A DNA stretch of 64,000 bases from an uncultured Eubacteriales bacterium (GCA_944349855.1 CALVNS010000006.1:12908-76907), one strand, 5' to 3'; shown: positions 25,955-36,131, counted from the stretch's first letter. The notes: generated from the sequence alone by a model not told the origin. Made by a program: numbers and translations.

Positions 25955-27382
25955 TCAGTTCCATTCGTCGTCCGCATCCTCGTCCCGTCCGAGGGGCAGT
26001 ACCTCCCGCGCCGCATCCCCGGGAAGGGGCTGCACGTCCTGCAGCCGCTCCTGGATGGTGCGCGTCTTGAGCGCAGCGTCCTCGATCGACTCGGAGGCCG
26101 CGCGCAGCTTCTGCTGCGTGCGCGCCAGCAGCTCGCTGAAGCGTCCGAATTCCGTCTTCACCGCGCCCAGCAGCTTCCAGACCTCGGCGGACTGACGCTC
26201 GATCGCCAGCGTCCTGAAGCCCAGCTGCAGGCTGTTGAGCAGCGCGCACAGCGTCGTGGGCCCAGCCAACGCCACGCGGTACTGGCTCTGCAGCTGATCC
26301 GCCAGCGCGCCCAGGCGCAGCGCCTGCGCGTACAGTCCCTCGGAGGGCAGGAACATGACCGCATAGTCCGTCGTGTGCGGCGGGGCGATCAGCCGGTCGC
26401 GGATGCGGCGCGCATGCAGCCGCAGGGCCGCCTCCAGCGCGCGCTGCGCCGCCTCGATCACGCCCGTATCGCCGCTATCGGCAGCGTCGAGATAGCGTCG
26501 GTAGTCCTCCTGTGGAAAGCTCGCGTCGATGGGCAGGTATACGCGCCCCTCCCCACTGCCCGGCATGAGCAACGCGTAGTCCGCCGTCGCGTCGCTGTCC
26601 GGCTTGACGCGGGCGCAGGCTTCGTACTGGCCGGGCGCGAGCATCTGCTCCAGCAGCGCGCCCAGGCGCACCTCGCTCCACGTGCCGTTGACGTTGACAT
26701 GCGTCAGCACGCGCTTGAGGTCGCCCACGCCGCTGGCCAGCGTCTGCATCTGCGACAGCTCGCGCGTCACCTGTTCCAGCCGGTCGCTGACCGCGCGGAA
26801 CGACTCGCCCAGCCGCCGGTCCAGCGAGCCGGAGAGCTTCTCGTCCACCGCCTGGCGCATCTGCTCCAGCTTTTGTTCGTTTTCCCGGCGGATGAGCGTC
26901 AGTCCGCCCTCCAGCGCGGCGCGCACGCGCTCGATGCGCTCCTCGTTGCCGGCCAGCTTGTCGTCCAGCACCTGCGTGATGCGCTCCATCTGCGCCTCAT
27001 AGGCCTCCAGCCGCTCGCCCACGGCACGCTGCATCCGCTCCATGCGCTCCTCGTCGGAGCGGTTGACCGCGCGCAGCTGCCCGCCGAAGGAGTCGAGTTG
27101 GCCCTGCTGGGTGCGCGCCATCTCGCCCATCATGCGCACGAGGGCGTCGTTCACGCCCCGCACGTCGGCGCGCAGCTCGTCGCGCTGCTGGCGCTCGCGC
27201 TCCGCAGTCTGGCGCGCCTCCTGCTGCGCCTGTTCCTGCAGCTGCTGCGAAAGCGCGCCGAGGCGCTGCTCAAGGCGGCGCGTCTGCCTGCGCGAGAGCA
27301 GCCACATCGCCAGCAGCAACACCAGCGCCGCCGCCGCGCCGGCGATCACCGCAGTGGGATGCGCCTGGACAAACGAGAACAT
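25955..27382 (-). CDS. rmuC: DNA recombination protein RmuC
   Basis: N-terminal TM, long coiled-coil, and a C-terminal RmuC nuclease-like region (YAVMFLPSEGLY). Start at MFSFVQ (ATG 27382). Confidence 0.85.
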   Translation of the reverse strand: MFSFVQAHPTAVIAGAAAALVLLLAMWLLSRRQTRRLEQRLGALSQQLQEQAQQEARQTAERERQQRDELRADVRGVNDALVRMMGEMARTQQGQLDSFGGQLRAVNRSDEERMERMQRAVGERLEAYEAQMERITQVLDDKLAGNEERIERVRAALEGGLTLIRRENEQKLEQMRQAVDEKLSGSLDRRLGESFRAVSDRLEQVTRELSQMQTLASGVGDLKRVLTHVNVNGTWSEVRLGALLEQMLAPGQYEACARVKPDSDATADYALLMPGSGEGRVYLPIDASFPQEDYRRYLDAADSGDTGVIEAAQRALEAALRLHARRIRDRLIAPPHTTDYAVMFLPSEGLYAQALRLGALADQLQSQYRVALAGPTTLCALLNSLQLGFRTLAIERQSAEVWKLLGAVKTEFGRFSELLARTQQKLRAASESIEDAALKTRTIQERLQDVQPLPGDAAREVLPLGRDEDADDEWN

Positions 27383-27488
27383 CTTCGCAAAACCCCTCTC
27401 CTCCGCCCCTTCCGGCAAACCGGGTGGCGGTTCGGCATAGAATATGGTATAATGAGCTCACAAGAAACGTCATCAAACGGAGGTGCCT

Positions 27489-28124
27489 ATGGAAAGACGC
27501 ACGCGCCGCCCCGAGCGGCCACCCGAACCACGCGACTCGCAGGAGCGCACGCAGGCCTCCGGCGAGCGCGTCATCCGCATTGTCACCGTTGCATTGCTCT
27601 GCGGCATCGTGATCCTTTCGATCGCGCTCGCCGCGCTGATCCTTTCGCGCCGACAGACGGCCGCAGGCGATCCATCCGGCGCTTACGCCACCGCATCGCC
27701 AGCCGCCTACGATCCCAGCGAGCCCTTCAGCCCGTCGGAGCTGACCGAGGCGCAACTGCAGCGCGCCGTGCAAGAGGGATCCTTCGACTTGGCAGAGGGC
27801 GAAACCGGCCCGCGCGGCATCTCCCTGGGCGATTCGATCGACACGGTGCTCGATCGCCTGCCCGTCGCCTACAGTGCGGACGTGGGAACCGACCTGGCCG
27901 TGCTCTACTCCGCCGCCGAAGACGGGCAGACGCTGCTGCCGCCCTACGCCACGCTGAGCGTCGCGTCGGACAAGCTGGAGATCACGCTCGTCGCCCCCCT
28001 GGCCGCCATGCCCGAGGACGTCGGCGCCTGCTTTGTCAAGTCTCCCAGCGTCTGGTGCCGCTACACGATCGATCCGACGGACAACACGGTTTCCCGCATC
28101 ACACTGGGCGCGGCCAACCTCTGA
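27489..28124 (+). CDS. hypothetical membrane-anchored protein
   Basis: Basic N-terminus, one TM (IVTVALLCGIVILSIALAALIL), then a ~150-aa extracytoplasmic domain. ATG 27489 follows GGAGG. No family recognised. Confidence 0.55.
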   Translation: MERRTRRPERPPEPRDSQERTQASGERVIRIVTVALLCGIVILSIALAALILSRRQTAAGDPSGAYATASPAAYDPSEPFSPSELTEAQLQRAVQEGSFDLAEGETGPRGISLGDSIDTVLDRLPVAYSADVGTDLAVLYSAAEDGQTLLPPYATLSVASDKLEITLVAPLAAMPEDVGACFVKSPSVWCRYTIDPTDNTVSRITLGAANL

Positions 28125-28133
28125 GCGCCCGGC

Positions 28134-28160
28134 AGCGCCCCGTTTACGGGGCGCTTTTTT
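28134..28160 (+). terminator. rho-independent terminator between convergent genes
   Basis: 9-bp stem AGCGCCCCG / CGGGGCGCT with TTTA loop, followed by a T6 run (the first T pairs as the last stem base). Confidence 0.85.
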
Positions 28161-28166
28161 GAGGGG

Positions 28167-29081
28167 TCAGAAGATCGCGTCGACAAACTCCGAGGCGTCG
28201 AATGCCTGCAAGTCGTCAATGCCCTCGCCCACGCCCACGTAGAGCACGGGCACATTGAGCGCGTCGCGGATGGCCACGGCGATGCCGCCCTTGGCGGTGC
28301 CGTCCAGCTTGGTGAGCACGATGCCCGTGATGTCCGCCACGTCGTTGAACTCCTTGGCCTGCGACAGGCCGTTCTGCCCCGTCGTCGCGTCGATGACCAG
28401 CAGCGTGCGCACTTGGGCCTGCGGATATTCGCGCTCGATGATGCGCGACATCTTGCGCAGCTCCTCCATCAGGTTCTTCTTGTTGTGCAGGCGGCCCGCC
28501 GTATCGACGATGAGCAGGTCCGCGCCGCGGCCCTTGGCGGACTGTACCGCGTCGTAGACGACGGCGGCGGGGTCGGTGCCCTCGTCGCGGCGCACGAGCG
28601 GCACGTCGGCGCGCCGGGCCCAGATCTCCAGCTGATCCGCCGCCGCCGCGCGGAACGTGTCGGCCGCGGCGAGCATGACGGTGTGCTGCGCGTCCTTGAA
28701 GCGCAGCGCCAGCTTGCCGATGGTCGTCGTCTTGCCCACGCCGTTGACGCCCACGATCAGCATCACCATCGGCCACTTGAGCGGCGGGCGCGGCATGTTC
28801 ATCTTTTCCTTGAGGATGTCCTTGAGGATCTCCCGCGCGCGGTCGGCGCTGCGGGTCTTCTCCGCGGCGACGCGGCGCTTGAGCTCCGCAATCGCCTCGT
28901 CGACCGTCTTCATGCCGATGTCCGCCATGATCAGGATGTCGGTCAATTCCTCATAGAAGTCCTCGTCGATCTCGCGCGTGGAGCCGACCAGCTCGTCCAC
29001 GCGGCCGGCGAGCGTGTCGCGCGTACGCTGAAGGCCCTCCTTCAGCCGGGCAAAGAAGCCCTTCTTGCGTTCTTCTGTCAT
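28167..29081 (-). CDS. ftsY: signal recognition particle receptor FtsY
   Basis: MTEERKKGFFARLKEGL..., GVNGVGKTTTIGKL, DTAGRLHNK, TKLDGTAKGG. The start overlaps the smc stop by 1 nt. Confidence 0.95.
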   Translation of the reverse strand: MTEERKKGFFARLKEGLQRTRDTLAGRVDELVGSTREIDEDFYEELTDILIMADIGMKTVDEAIAELKRRVAAEKTRSADRAREILKDILKEKMNMPRPPLKWPMVMLIVGVNGVGKTTTIGKLALRFKDAQHTVMLAAADTFRAAAADQLEIWARRADVPLVRRDEGTDPAAVVYDAVQSAKGRGADLLIVDTAGRLHNKKNLMEELRKMSRIIEREYPQAQVRTLLVIDATTGQNGLSQAKEFNDVADITGIVLTKLDGTAKGGIAVAIRDALNVPVLYVGVGEGIDDLQAFDASEFVDAIF

Positions 29082-32000
29082 CAGGACTGTCCCCCTTCTT
29101 CGAGTTGGTCGCTCAGCTGTACGCTGATCATGCGCGATACGCCCTTTTCCTCCATCGCCACGCCGTAGAGCGCGTCGCAGCGCTCCATGGTGCCCTTGCG
29201 GTGCGTGACGACGACGAATTGGGTGTTCTGGGCGAATTCCTTGAGATAATCGGCGTAGTAGGAGATGTTGGCGTCGTCCAGCGCGGCCTCGATCTCGTCC
29301 AGGATGCAAAACGGCGTGGGCTTGAGGCGCAGCATCGCAAACAGAATCGCGATCGCCGTCAGCGCGCGCTCGCCGCCCGAGAGCAGGCTGAGCAGCTGCA
29401 GCTTCTTGCCCGGCGGCTGCGCAACGATCTCAATGCCGCAGTTGAGCACGTCGGTGGGATCCTCTAGCTTCAGCTCCGCGCGCCCGCCGCCGAACAGGCG
29501 CGTGAAGGTCTGGGTGAAGTAGACGTTCAGCTGGTCGAAGTTCTGCTTGAACTGCTTCTCCATCTTGCTGATCAGGCCCTCGATGATGCCCTGCAGATCC
29601 TCCTGTGCGCGCAGCAGGTCGTCGCGCTGGGCGCACAGGTCGTCATAGCGCTCACGGCAGGCGCGGTAGTCCTCGACCGCGTTGACGTTGACCGACCCCA
29701 TCTGGCGGATCTCCGCACGGATGGACGCGATGCGCTTCTCACTCTCGGCCGGTTCGAACGCGGGATCGCGAAACTCCAGCGCGCCCGCATACGTCAGCTC
29801 GTAGTCCTCCCAGATGCGCTCTTGCAGCTGGTTCAATTCACTCTGTGCGCGGGAGAGCTGCAACTCCGCGCGGTGGTGCTTGTCCACATCCTGAGCGACG
29901 GTCTCGCGCAACGCGTCCAGGCGCTCCGTCAGCTCACGCACCGCGCGCTGCCGGTCCGCGCGCCGGCCCTGCGCGACCTCCAGCGCCTCCTTGGCCTGCG
30001 CCAGCCGCGCGCTGCACGCGTCGCGCTCAGCCTCGCCATCCGACAGCTGCGCCTGCGCCTGCGCCTGGCGCGCCCGGCTGTCCGCCAGGGCACGCCCGCT
30101 CTCTTCCCGGCGCGCAGCCAGCGTCTTTCGCTCCTCCTCCAGGCGCGCGCTGTCCCGTCGCAGCGCCTCCAGCTCGCGCTCCAGCGCGGCCAGCTCCACG
30201 CGCCGGGCGGTCACCTGCTCGCGCATGGCATCCACCTGGGCGCGCTCCTCGGCCTGCGCCTGCGACAGACGGGCCGTCTCCTGCTGCATACGCGCAGTGT
30301 CCTGCTGCGCGCCGTCCTGGCGCTGCGTCATCCCCGCGAGCTGTTCGGCGATGTCCTGCAGGTTGTCGCCGATCTGCTCGCGCATCGCCTGCGCCTGGCG
30401 CATGCGCGTCTCGTGCTGCATCAGCTCCGCCTGCGCGGAGGAGACGCGCTCCTGCTCGCGCGCGACGGCGATCTCCTCCTGGTGCAGGCGGTTGAACATC
30501 TCGCCGCGCAGGCGCTTTTCCTCTGCGCGCGACTGTTCGATCTCCTCCAGGCTCTTGCGGATGGCCGCGATCTGCGCCTCATTTTGCGCGATGCGCTGCT
30601 CGTGCTCCCCGATCTCGCGCTCGCGCGAGAGCAGGCTCGTCATGCGCGACTGCGAGCTGCCGCCCGTCATCGAGCCGCCCGAGTGCATCACATCGCCCTC
30701 GAGCGTCACCAGACGGAAGGCGTGCCGTCCGCGGCGCATGATCTGGATGCCCGCGTCCAGGTTTTCCGCGATGACCGTGCGGCCGAGCAGATTCTCCACG
30801 ACGCCGCGGTATTTTTCGTCAAACGAGATCAGCTCCGACGCGACGCCCAGGCACCCCGGCGTTGAGAGCGCCTGGCGCTCCGCAGGCGTCAGCACGCGCC
30901 CCCGGACGCTCGTCAGCGGCAGAAACGTCGCCCGCCCATACCGGTTGCGGCGCAGGTAGTCGATCATATCCTTGGCGACGTACTCATCCTCAGTCACGAC
31001 ATTTTGCAGCGCGCCGCCGAGCACCGCCTCGATGGCGCGCTCGTATGCCTTGGGCGCGCGGATCAGCGTGGCGACCACGCCGTGCACGCCGCCCTGCTTT
31101 TCGCCGTAGAGCAGCACCTGCTTGACCGCATGCTGATAGCCCTCGTAGTCGCGCTCCATCTCGCGCAGCACGCGCAGGCGCGAGGTCAGCGCCTGCTGGC
31201 TGCCCAACAACTCCTGCAGCTGCGCGCGCAGCTTCTCGCCGCGCTCGCCATGCGCGCGCACCTGCGCGTCGAGCCGCTCGGCCTCAGCCTGCATGTCGCG
31301 CAGGCCGCCGTCGACCTCGGACAGCGCCGCCTGAGCAGCCTCGAGCGCCGCCTGCAGGCGCGCCTGCTCGCGCTCCATGTCCCCCTGCTGGGAGACGGAC
31401 TCCTCCAGCCGCTTCTCCAGCGACTGGCGCATCGTCGTCAGGCGCGTCTGCGTGGCACGCACGTCCGACAGGCGGTTCATCGCGTCGATGATCGCCGCCT
31501 TGTTCGCCTCCAGCGTCCGCTCAGTCTGCTCAGCGTGCGCCTGCGCACGCGCAAGGTCTGCCTCCATCGCGGCCAGCTGCGCGCGCCCCTCTTCCAGCAG
31601 GTCGCTACGGCTGCCGGCGTCGCCGCTACTGCTCTTGGCCAGCTCCGCGAGCGCGGCCAGGCGCTTGTCCGCCTCCTCCATCTGCGCGCACAGCCGCTCT
31701 TCGTCCTGGCGGGCGTGGGCGATTTCCGCGCGCAGGACGTTGTTTTCACCCTCGCGCGCCTCCAGCTCGCGCGTCAGATCCAGCGACTGCGCGTGCGCGG
31801 CGGAGACCTGACGGTCCAGCTCCGCGACGGCCTCCTCCTGCTGCGCGCGCTCCTGGGCATCCGCCTGTGAGCGGCGCTCGCCCTCCGCGATCGCCTCCTG
31901 CAGGCCGTCCAGCGTCTTTTGCAGCGCGTCCATGCGCTCCTTGGCACGGTCGGAGCGCACGACGAACGCGTTCAGCTCCAGCCCGCGCAGCTCCTCTCGC

Positions 32001-32653
32001 AGGGCGATGTAGCGGCGCGCCGTCTCGCTCTGCTGCTGCAGCGGCCCCAGCTGGCCCTGCAGCTCCTCCAGAATGTCCTCCACGCGCAGCAGGTTCTGGC
32101 GCGTGTTCTCCATGCGGCGCTGCGCCTCGTCCTTGCGCACCTTGTACTTGACGATGCCCGCAGCCTCTTCGAACGTCTGGCGGCGGTCCTCCGAGCGGGC
32201 GGAGAGGATCTCGTCGATGCGGCCCTGGCCGATGAGCGAATAGCCCTCCTTGCCGATGCCGGTGTCGCGGAACAGGTCGATGATATCGCGCAGGCGGCAG
32301 GTTGCCTTGTTGAGCTGGTATTCGCTCTCGCCGCTGCGATAGACGCGCCGGGTGACGCAGACCTCGGAAAAGTCCACCGGCAGCGCGCGGTCCTCATTGT
32401 CAAACGTGAGCGATACCTCACAGTAGCCCAGCTTCTTGCGCTTTTCCGTCCCGCCGAAGATGATGTCCTCCATGCGCCCGCCGCGCAGGCTACGCGCATT
32501 CTGCTCGCCGAGCACCCAGCGCACCGCGTCGGATATGTTCGACTTGCCGCTGCCGTTGGGGCCGACGATGCCGGTGATCCCCTGGTCAAAGACGATCTCC
32601 GTGCGGTCGGCAAACGACTTAAAGCCGTATATCTCCAGTTTCTTCAGCCGCAA
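29081..32653 (-). CDS. smc: chromosome segregation protein SMC
   Basis: 1190 aa. (TTG)RLKKLEIYGFKSF, GPNGSGKSN, long coiled coils, hinge, LSGGERALTAIA signature, Walker B FCILDEIEAALD. Confidence 0.95.
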   Translation of the reverse strand: MRLKKLEIYGFKSFADRTEIVFDQGITGIVGPNGSGKSNISDAVRWVLGEQNARSLRGGRMEDIIFGGTEKRKKLGYCEVSLTFDNEDRALPVDFSEVCVTRRVYRSGESEYQLNKATCRLRDIIDLFRDTGIGKEGYSLIGQGRIDEILSARSEDRRQTFEEAAGIVKYKVRKDEAQRRMENTRQNLLRVEDILEELQGQLGPLQQQSETARRYIALREELRGLELNAFVVRSDRAKERMDALQKTLDGLQEAIAEGERRSQADAQERAQQEEAVAELDRQVSAAHAQSLDLTRELEAREGENNVLRAEIAHARQDEERLCAQMEEADKRLAALAELAKSSSGDAGSRSDLLEEGRAQLAAMEADLARAQAHAEQTERTLEANKAAIIDAMNRLSDVRATQTRLTTMRQSLEKRLEESVSQQGDMEREQARLQAALEAAQAALSEVDGGLRDMQAEAERLDAQVRAHGERGEKLRAQLQELLGSQQALTSRLRVLREMERDYEGYQHAVKQVLLYGEKQGGVHGVVATLIRAPKAYERAIEAVLGGALQNVVTEDEYVAKDMIDYLRRNRYGRATFLPLTSVRGRVLTPAERQALSTPGCLGVASELISFDEKYRGVVENLLGRTVIAENLDAGIQIMRRGRHAFRLVTLEGDVMHSGGSMTGGSSQSRMTSLLSREREIGEHEQRIAQNEAQIAAIRKSLEEIEQSRAEEKRLRGEMFNRLHQEEIAVAREQERVSSAQAELMQHETRMRQAQAMREQIGDNLQDIAEQLAGMTQRQDGAQQDTARMQQETARLSQAQAEERAQVDAMREQVTARRVELAALERELEALRRDSARLEEERKTLAARREESGRALADSRARQAQAQAQLSDGEAERDACSARLAQAKEALEVAQGRRADRQRAVRELTERLDALRETVAQDVDKHHRAELQLSRAQSELNQLQERIWEDYELTYAGALEFRDPAFEPAESEKRIASIRAEIRQMGSVNVNAVEDYRACRERYDDLCAQRDDLLRAQEDLQGIIEGLISKMEKQFKQNFDQLNVYFTQTFTRLFGGGRAELKLEDPTDVLNCGIEIVAQPPGKKLQLLSLLSGGERALTAIAILFAMLRLKPTPFCILDEIEAALDDANISYYADYLKEFAQNTQFVVVTHRKGTMERCDALYGVAMEEKGVSRMISVQLSDQLEEGGQS

Positions 32654-32668
32654 AGGCCTTCCAACTCC

Positions 32669-33349
32669 TTATCGCTCTTGCTGCGTCAGGCGCTCCAGCG
32701 CCGCCTGCGCTGCGTGCTGCTCCGCGCGCTTCTTGCTCACGCCCGTGCCGCGGCCGATCAGCGTCCCATCCGCGCGCAACACCTCGGCCGTAAACAGGCG
32801 CGCATGCGCGGGGCCGGTCGCATCGACGATGCGGTACTGCGGAACCGGCTCGCCAGTGCCCTGCAGGTACTCCTGCAGACACGACTTGGGATCTCGGTCC
32901 TCCTGCTGCGTCGGCTCGTAATCGCCCATCATGCGGTCCACCAGCGCCGAAGCGGCGTCCAGTCCGCCGTCCAGATATACCGCGGCCAGCACGGCCTCCA
33001 TGGCGTCGGAGAGGATCGAGTCCTTCTCTCGCCCGCCGTCCAGTTCTTCGCCATGGTCGAGGCGCAGCGCCCCATCGACGCCCAGCGCGCGGGCGGCGAC
33101 GGCCAGCGTCGCCTCGCATACGAGCAGTGCGCGCCGGCGCGTGAGCTGACCCTCCTGCATCTGCGGACAGCGCGCGTAGAGCTCGCGGCTGACGCACAGC
33201 TCCAACACCGCATCGCCGAGAAACTCCATCCGCTGGTTGTCCGGCACGTGGTTGCGAAGCGCGTAGGAGGGATGCGTCAACGCCTGGCGGAGCAATCGGC
33301 TGTCGCGAAAGGCGTAGCCCAGCGCGCTCTGCAGGGATTCAATGTCCAT
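32669..33349 (-). CDS. rnc: ribonuclease III
   Basis: LTHPSY, NQRMEFLGDAVLEL catalytic signature, C-terminal dsRBD (KKRAEQHAAQAALERL). ATG 33349 follows GAGAGGAA. Confidence 0.95.
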   Translation of the reverse strand: MDIESLQSALGYAFRDSRLLRQALTHPSYALRNHVPDNQRMEFLGDAVLELCVSRELYARCPQMQEGQLTRRRALLVCEATLAVAARALGVDGALRLDHGEELDGGREKDSILSDAMEAVLAAVYLDGGLDAASALVDRMMGDYEPTQQEDRDPKSCLQEYLQGTGEPVPQYRIVDATGPAHARLFTAEVLRADGTLIGRGTGVSKKRAEQHAAQAALERLTQQER

Positions 33350-33431
33350 GGTTCCTCTCTTTCCGCACAAAACATCAGCACTGTCGCCCGCGCGGGGCTG
33401 CACTGCTCATGTTTCGCCGCATACGCGTCCG

Positions 33432-33463
33432 TCGGGCGCGGACGAATGCTCGCCCGCGCCCGA
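33432..33463 (-). other. GC-rich hairpin in the acpP-rnc spacer
   Basis: 10-bp stem (33432-33441 / 33454-33463), 12-nt loop, no U-tract on the minus strand. Confidence 0.5.
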
Positions 33464-33471
33464 TCCGTCCG

Positions 33472-33699
33472 TCACTTTTTGTTTTCGATGTACCGGACCA
33501 AGTCGCCCACCGTCTTCACGGTGGTGATCGCGTCGTCGTCGACAGTGATGTCAAAGTCCTGCTCGATGTCCATGACGAGCATCATGACGTTGGCGCTGTC
33601 CGCCTTCAGGTCCTCCTGCAGGCGCGCCTCGGGCGTGACTGCGCTTTCAGGCACCTTGAGCTCCTGCACGATCATCTTCTTGACCTTTTCAAAGACCAT
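33472..33699 (-). CDS. acpP: acyl carrier protein
   Basis: 75 aa with the LKADSANVMMLVMDIE phosphopantetheine-attachment motif (DS). Position between plsX and rnc. Confidence 0.9.
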   Translation of the reverse strand: MVFEKVKKMIVQELKVPESAVTPEARLQEDLKADSANVMMLVMDIEQDFDITVDDDAITTVKTVGDLVRYIENKK

Positions 33700-33731
33700 G
33701 GATAACACTCCTTTCCATGCCGTTAGGGGGT

Positions 33732-34757
33732 TCAATGCTTCTGCTGCTCTTCCTGCGCGAGCACGAGGTTGGTCACCTCGCGGCGGATGATGTCCACGAC
33801 CTGACCTTCGACCATCTTGCGCGCCTGACGAATCGCGCAGAAGATGGCGCGCGCGTTGGAGTTGCCATGCGCCTTGACGACGGCGCCCTCCACGCCCAGC
33901 AGCGGCGCGCCGCCGACCTCCGTCGCATCCATCGAGCGCTTGATCCGGCGGAACGCCGGCTTGCTCAGCAGCGCGCCGATCTTGCCGCGCGTGGAGGCCA
34001 TCAGTTCACCCTTGATCATCGAGAACATCGTCGAGGCCATGCCCTCTGTGTACTTGAGCACGACATTGCCCACAAAGCCGTCGCACACGAGCACGTCCGC
34101 CTGCCCTGAAAGGATCTCTCGCGCCTCGACATTGCCTGCAAACCGGTATGGCTGCCCCTGGCTCATCAGCTCAAACGTCTGGCGGGTCAGGTTGTCGCCC
34201 TTTTCGGCCTCCACGCCGATGTTGATCAGCCCGACCTCCGGCGCGCGCACGCCCATCACCTTTTCCATGTAGACGCTGCCCATCAGGCCAAACTGGACCA
34301 GCCATTCGGGCTTACAGTCGACGTTCGCGCCGGAATCGATGAGCATCAGCGGCCGCCCGGGCGCCGGCAGCACGGGCGCAAGCGCCGGGCGCTCGATGCC
34401 CTCGATGCGGCCGATGCGGAACATTGCGCCCGCCATGATCGCGCCCGTCGAGCCCGCGGAGACGATCGCCTCCGCCTGGCCCTCGCGCACGAGGTTCATG
34501 CCCATCACCAGCGAGGAACGCGGCTTCTTGCGCAGCGCCATCACGGGGTGTTCGTCGGTGGTGATGACATCCGGCGCGTCGACGATCTCCAGGCGATCGG
34601 CCACGTCGGCATATTCGCCCAGGCAGGCGCGCACCTCGTCCTTCCGGCCGACAAGCACAATGGAAACATCGGAAAACTCCCGCAGCGCGTCGATGGCCCC
34701 CTGTACGTTGACGCCCGGGGCCAGATCGCCGCCCATGGCATCCACTACGATCTTCAT
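33732..34757 (-). CDS. plsX: phosphate acyltransferase PlsX
   Basis: MKIVVDAMGGDLAP..., 341 aa, conserved throughout. Confidence 0.95.
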   Translation of the reverse strand: MKIVVDAMGGDLAPGVNVQGAIDALREFSDVSIVLVGRKDEVRACLGEYADVADRLEIVDAPDVITTDEHPVMALRKKPRSSLVMGMNLVREGQAEAIVSAGSTGAIMAGAMFRIGRIEGIERPALAPVLPAPGRPLMLIDSGANVDCKPEWLVQFGLMGSVYMEKVMGVRAPEVGLINIGVEAEKGDNLTRQTFELMSQGQPYRFAGNVEAREILSGQADVLVCDGFVGNVVLKYTEGMASTMFSMIKGELMASTRGKIGALLSKPAFRRIKRSMDATEVGGAPLLGVEGAVVKAHGNSNARAIFCAIRQARKMVEGQVVDIIRREVTNLVLAQEEQQKH

Positions 34758-34805
34758 ACTCCGCCTCCATCCGCAAGGTATCGGTTTATTGTATCAAATT
34801 TTTCC

Positions 34806-35369
34806 TCAGGGTTCAAGCGTATACCGCGCGCGGGCGCCGCCGATGAGCCGCGGGCGGGCATAGGCCATGACCAGGTGCGCGTGCCCCACGCTGTCAAAGG
34901 ACGCGCGCAGCGGCACGGCCACGCGCCGGATGTGCATGCCGACCAGCGTATCGCCCACGTCCAGTCCCGCGTCTGCCTGCACGCTCTCCACGAGAATTGG
35001 GTCGTGCAGCATGCGGTAGTAGGCCGACGCGCAGGAGCCGCCCGCCTTGGGATATGGGACGGCGCTGACCTCCTCCAGCCCGCGCAGTTCCGCCTGCGTG
35101 CGCTCGATGACGAGCGCGCGGTTGAGGTGCTCGCAGCACTGCACGCAGCCCGAGACGCCGTGCGCCGCGCACGCGCGGTGGAATGCCTCCGCCAACGCCG
35201 CGCCCATCTCCGGGTCCGACTGTTTTCCAATGCGTCCGCCGCACACCTCGCTCGTAGAGCAGCCGAGCACGATCAATCCGCCGGGGGCCACATGCCCCTC
35301 CGCCGTCAAAAATGCGACAGCCCGCTCCAGATCGGCTGCGGCCTGCGCGCGCAATGCCTGCGCTTCCAT
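34806..35369 (-). CDS. UPF0340 / TIGR01440 family protein (YwlG-like)
   Basis: VLGCSTSEVCGGRIG and QCCEHLNRALVIER motifs, as I recall them for this family. Confidence 0.7.
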   Translation of the reverse strand: MEAQALRAQAAADLERAVAFLTAEGHVAPGGLIVLGCSTSEVCGGRIGKQSDPEMGAALAEAFHRACAAHGVSGCVQCCEHLNRALVIERTQAELRGLEEVSAVPYPKAGGSCASAYYRMLHDPILVESVQADAGLDVGDTLVGMHIRRVAVPLRASFDSVGHAHLVMAYARPRLIGGARARYTLEP

Positions 35370-35405
35370 CTGTAAACGCTTCCTTCCATGTTGTCGGTAT
35401 GAGCT

Positions 35406-36131
35406 TTACCGCCGCCGGGTAAACGCATACGCGCCGATGCCCACGGCGATGGCCAGGTTCAGCGAGTCGATCTCCTCGCTGTGGGGGATGAGCACGCTTG
35501 TACCCATCTGTGCAAAGGCATCCGGCAGCCCGCTGGCCTCGTTGCCGAAGATCAGCGAAAACGGACGGACGGCCTTCTCCGCGGCCTCCTCGACCGGCAC
35601 TGCGCCCGTGAGCATGAACGGATAGAGCGCATGCCGCGAAAAGACGGCGCGGTAGTCGTCAAAGTCGTCGTAATGGCGCACGCGCAGCGAAAAGAGCGCG
35701 CCCATCGACGCGCGCACGACGCGCGGGTCAAACAGGTCGACCGCCGGGCGAATGATCGCCACATCCCGCAGGCCGAAGCCCAGACAAGTGCGCAGAATCG
35801 TGCCCAGATTTCCGCTGTCGGAGGGATGATGCAGCACGACGTGCGCTCCCTGCGCGGACAACTCGCTCTCCCGCTTTTCAAAGACCATCGCGGCAAAGCA
35901 GTTGTCCTTGTGGGCGATCCGCGCGAGCGCGCGATCCGCAACCTCCACGCGCACGCCCGCAGCCTCGCTCGCCCTCGCCAGGCTGCGCACGCCCTCGCTG
36001 TGCTCCGCAGCGCTGCTCACCAGCAGGCGCAGGCATCGCTCGGGACAGGCCTTGAGGCATTCCGTCGCGGGAAAGATGCCCGGCGCGTAGGAATAGGACA
36101 GCGACCGATCGTAGGCCTCGAGCTTGGGCAT
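35406..36131 (-). CDS. TrmH/SpoU family RNA 2'-O-methyltransferase
   Basis: PSDSGNLGTILRTCLGFG, LIFGNEASGL, IPHSEEIDSLNLAIAVGI (SpoU motifs 1-3). Confidence 0.85.
   Translation of the reverse strand: MPKLEAYDRSLSYSYAPGIFPATECLKACPERCLRLLVSSAAEHSEGVRSLARASEAAGVRVEVADRALARIAHKDNCFAAMVFEKRESELSAQGAHVVLHHPSDSGNLGTILRTCLGFGLRDVAIIRPAVDLFDPRVVRASMGALFSLRVRHYDDFDDYRAVFSRHALYPFMLTGAVPVEEAAEKAVRPFSLIFGNEASGLPDAFAQMGTSVLIPHSEEIDSLNLAIAVGIGAYAFTRRR

Noticed and set aside
25027-27382. RmuC plus adjacent GNAT as a possible phage-defence pair
   Set aside because: The RmuC here has the standard housekeeping architecture (TM, coiled-coil, RmuC domain). The flanks are core genes (uppP, ftsY/smc block), and there are no mobility or island signatures.
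25688-28162. 824-aa plus-strand ORF spanning the GNAT, rmuC and hypothetical gene region
   Set aside because: It crosses three independently supported genes and an intergenic promoter region, and its composition is Arg/Ala/Gln/Leu low-complexity. It is a GC-driven artefact.
31919-33790. 623-aa plus-strand ORF opposite smc, rnc and acpP. Similar long antisense ORFs occur at 4275-6002, 37233-38480 and 43216-45048.
   Set aside because: All are antisense to genes with unmistakable family signatures. They lack RBSs and have shadow-frame amino-acid composition.
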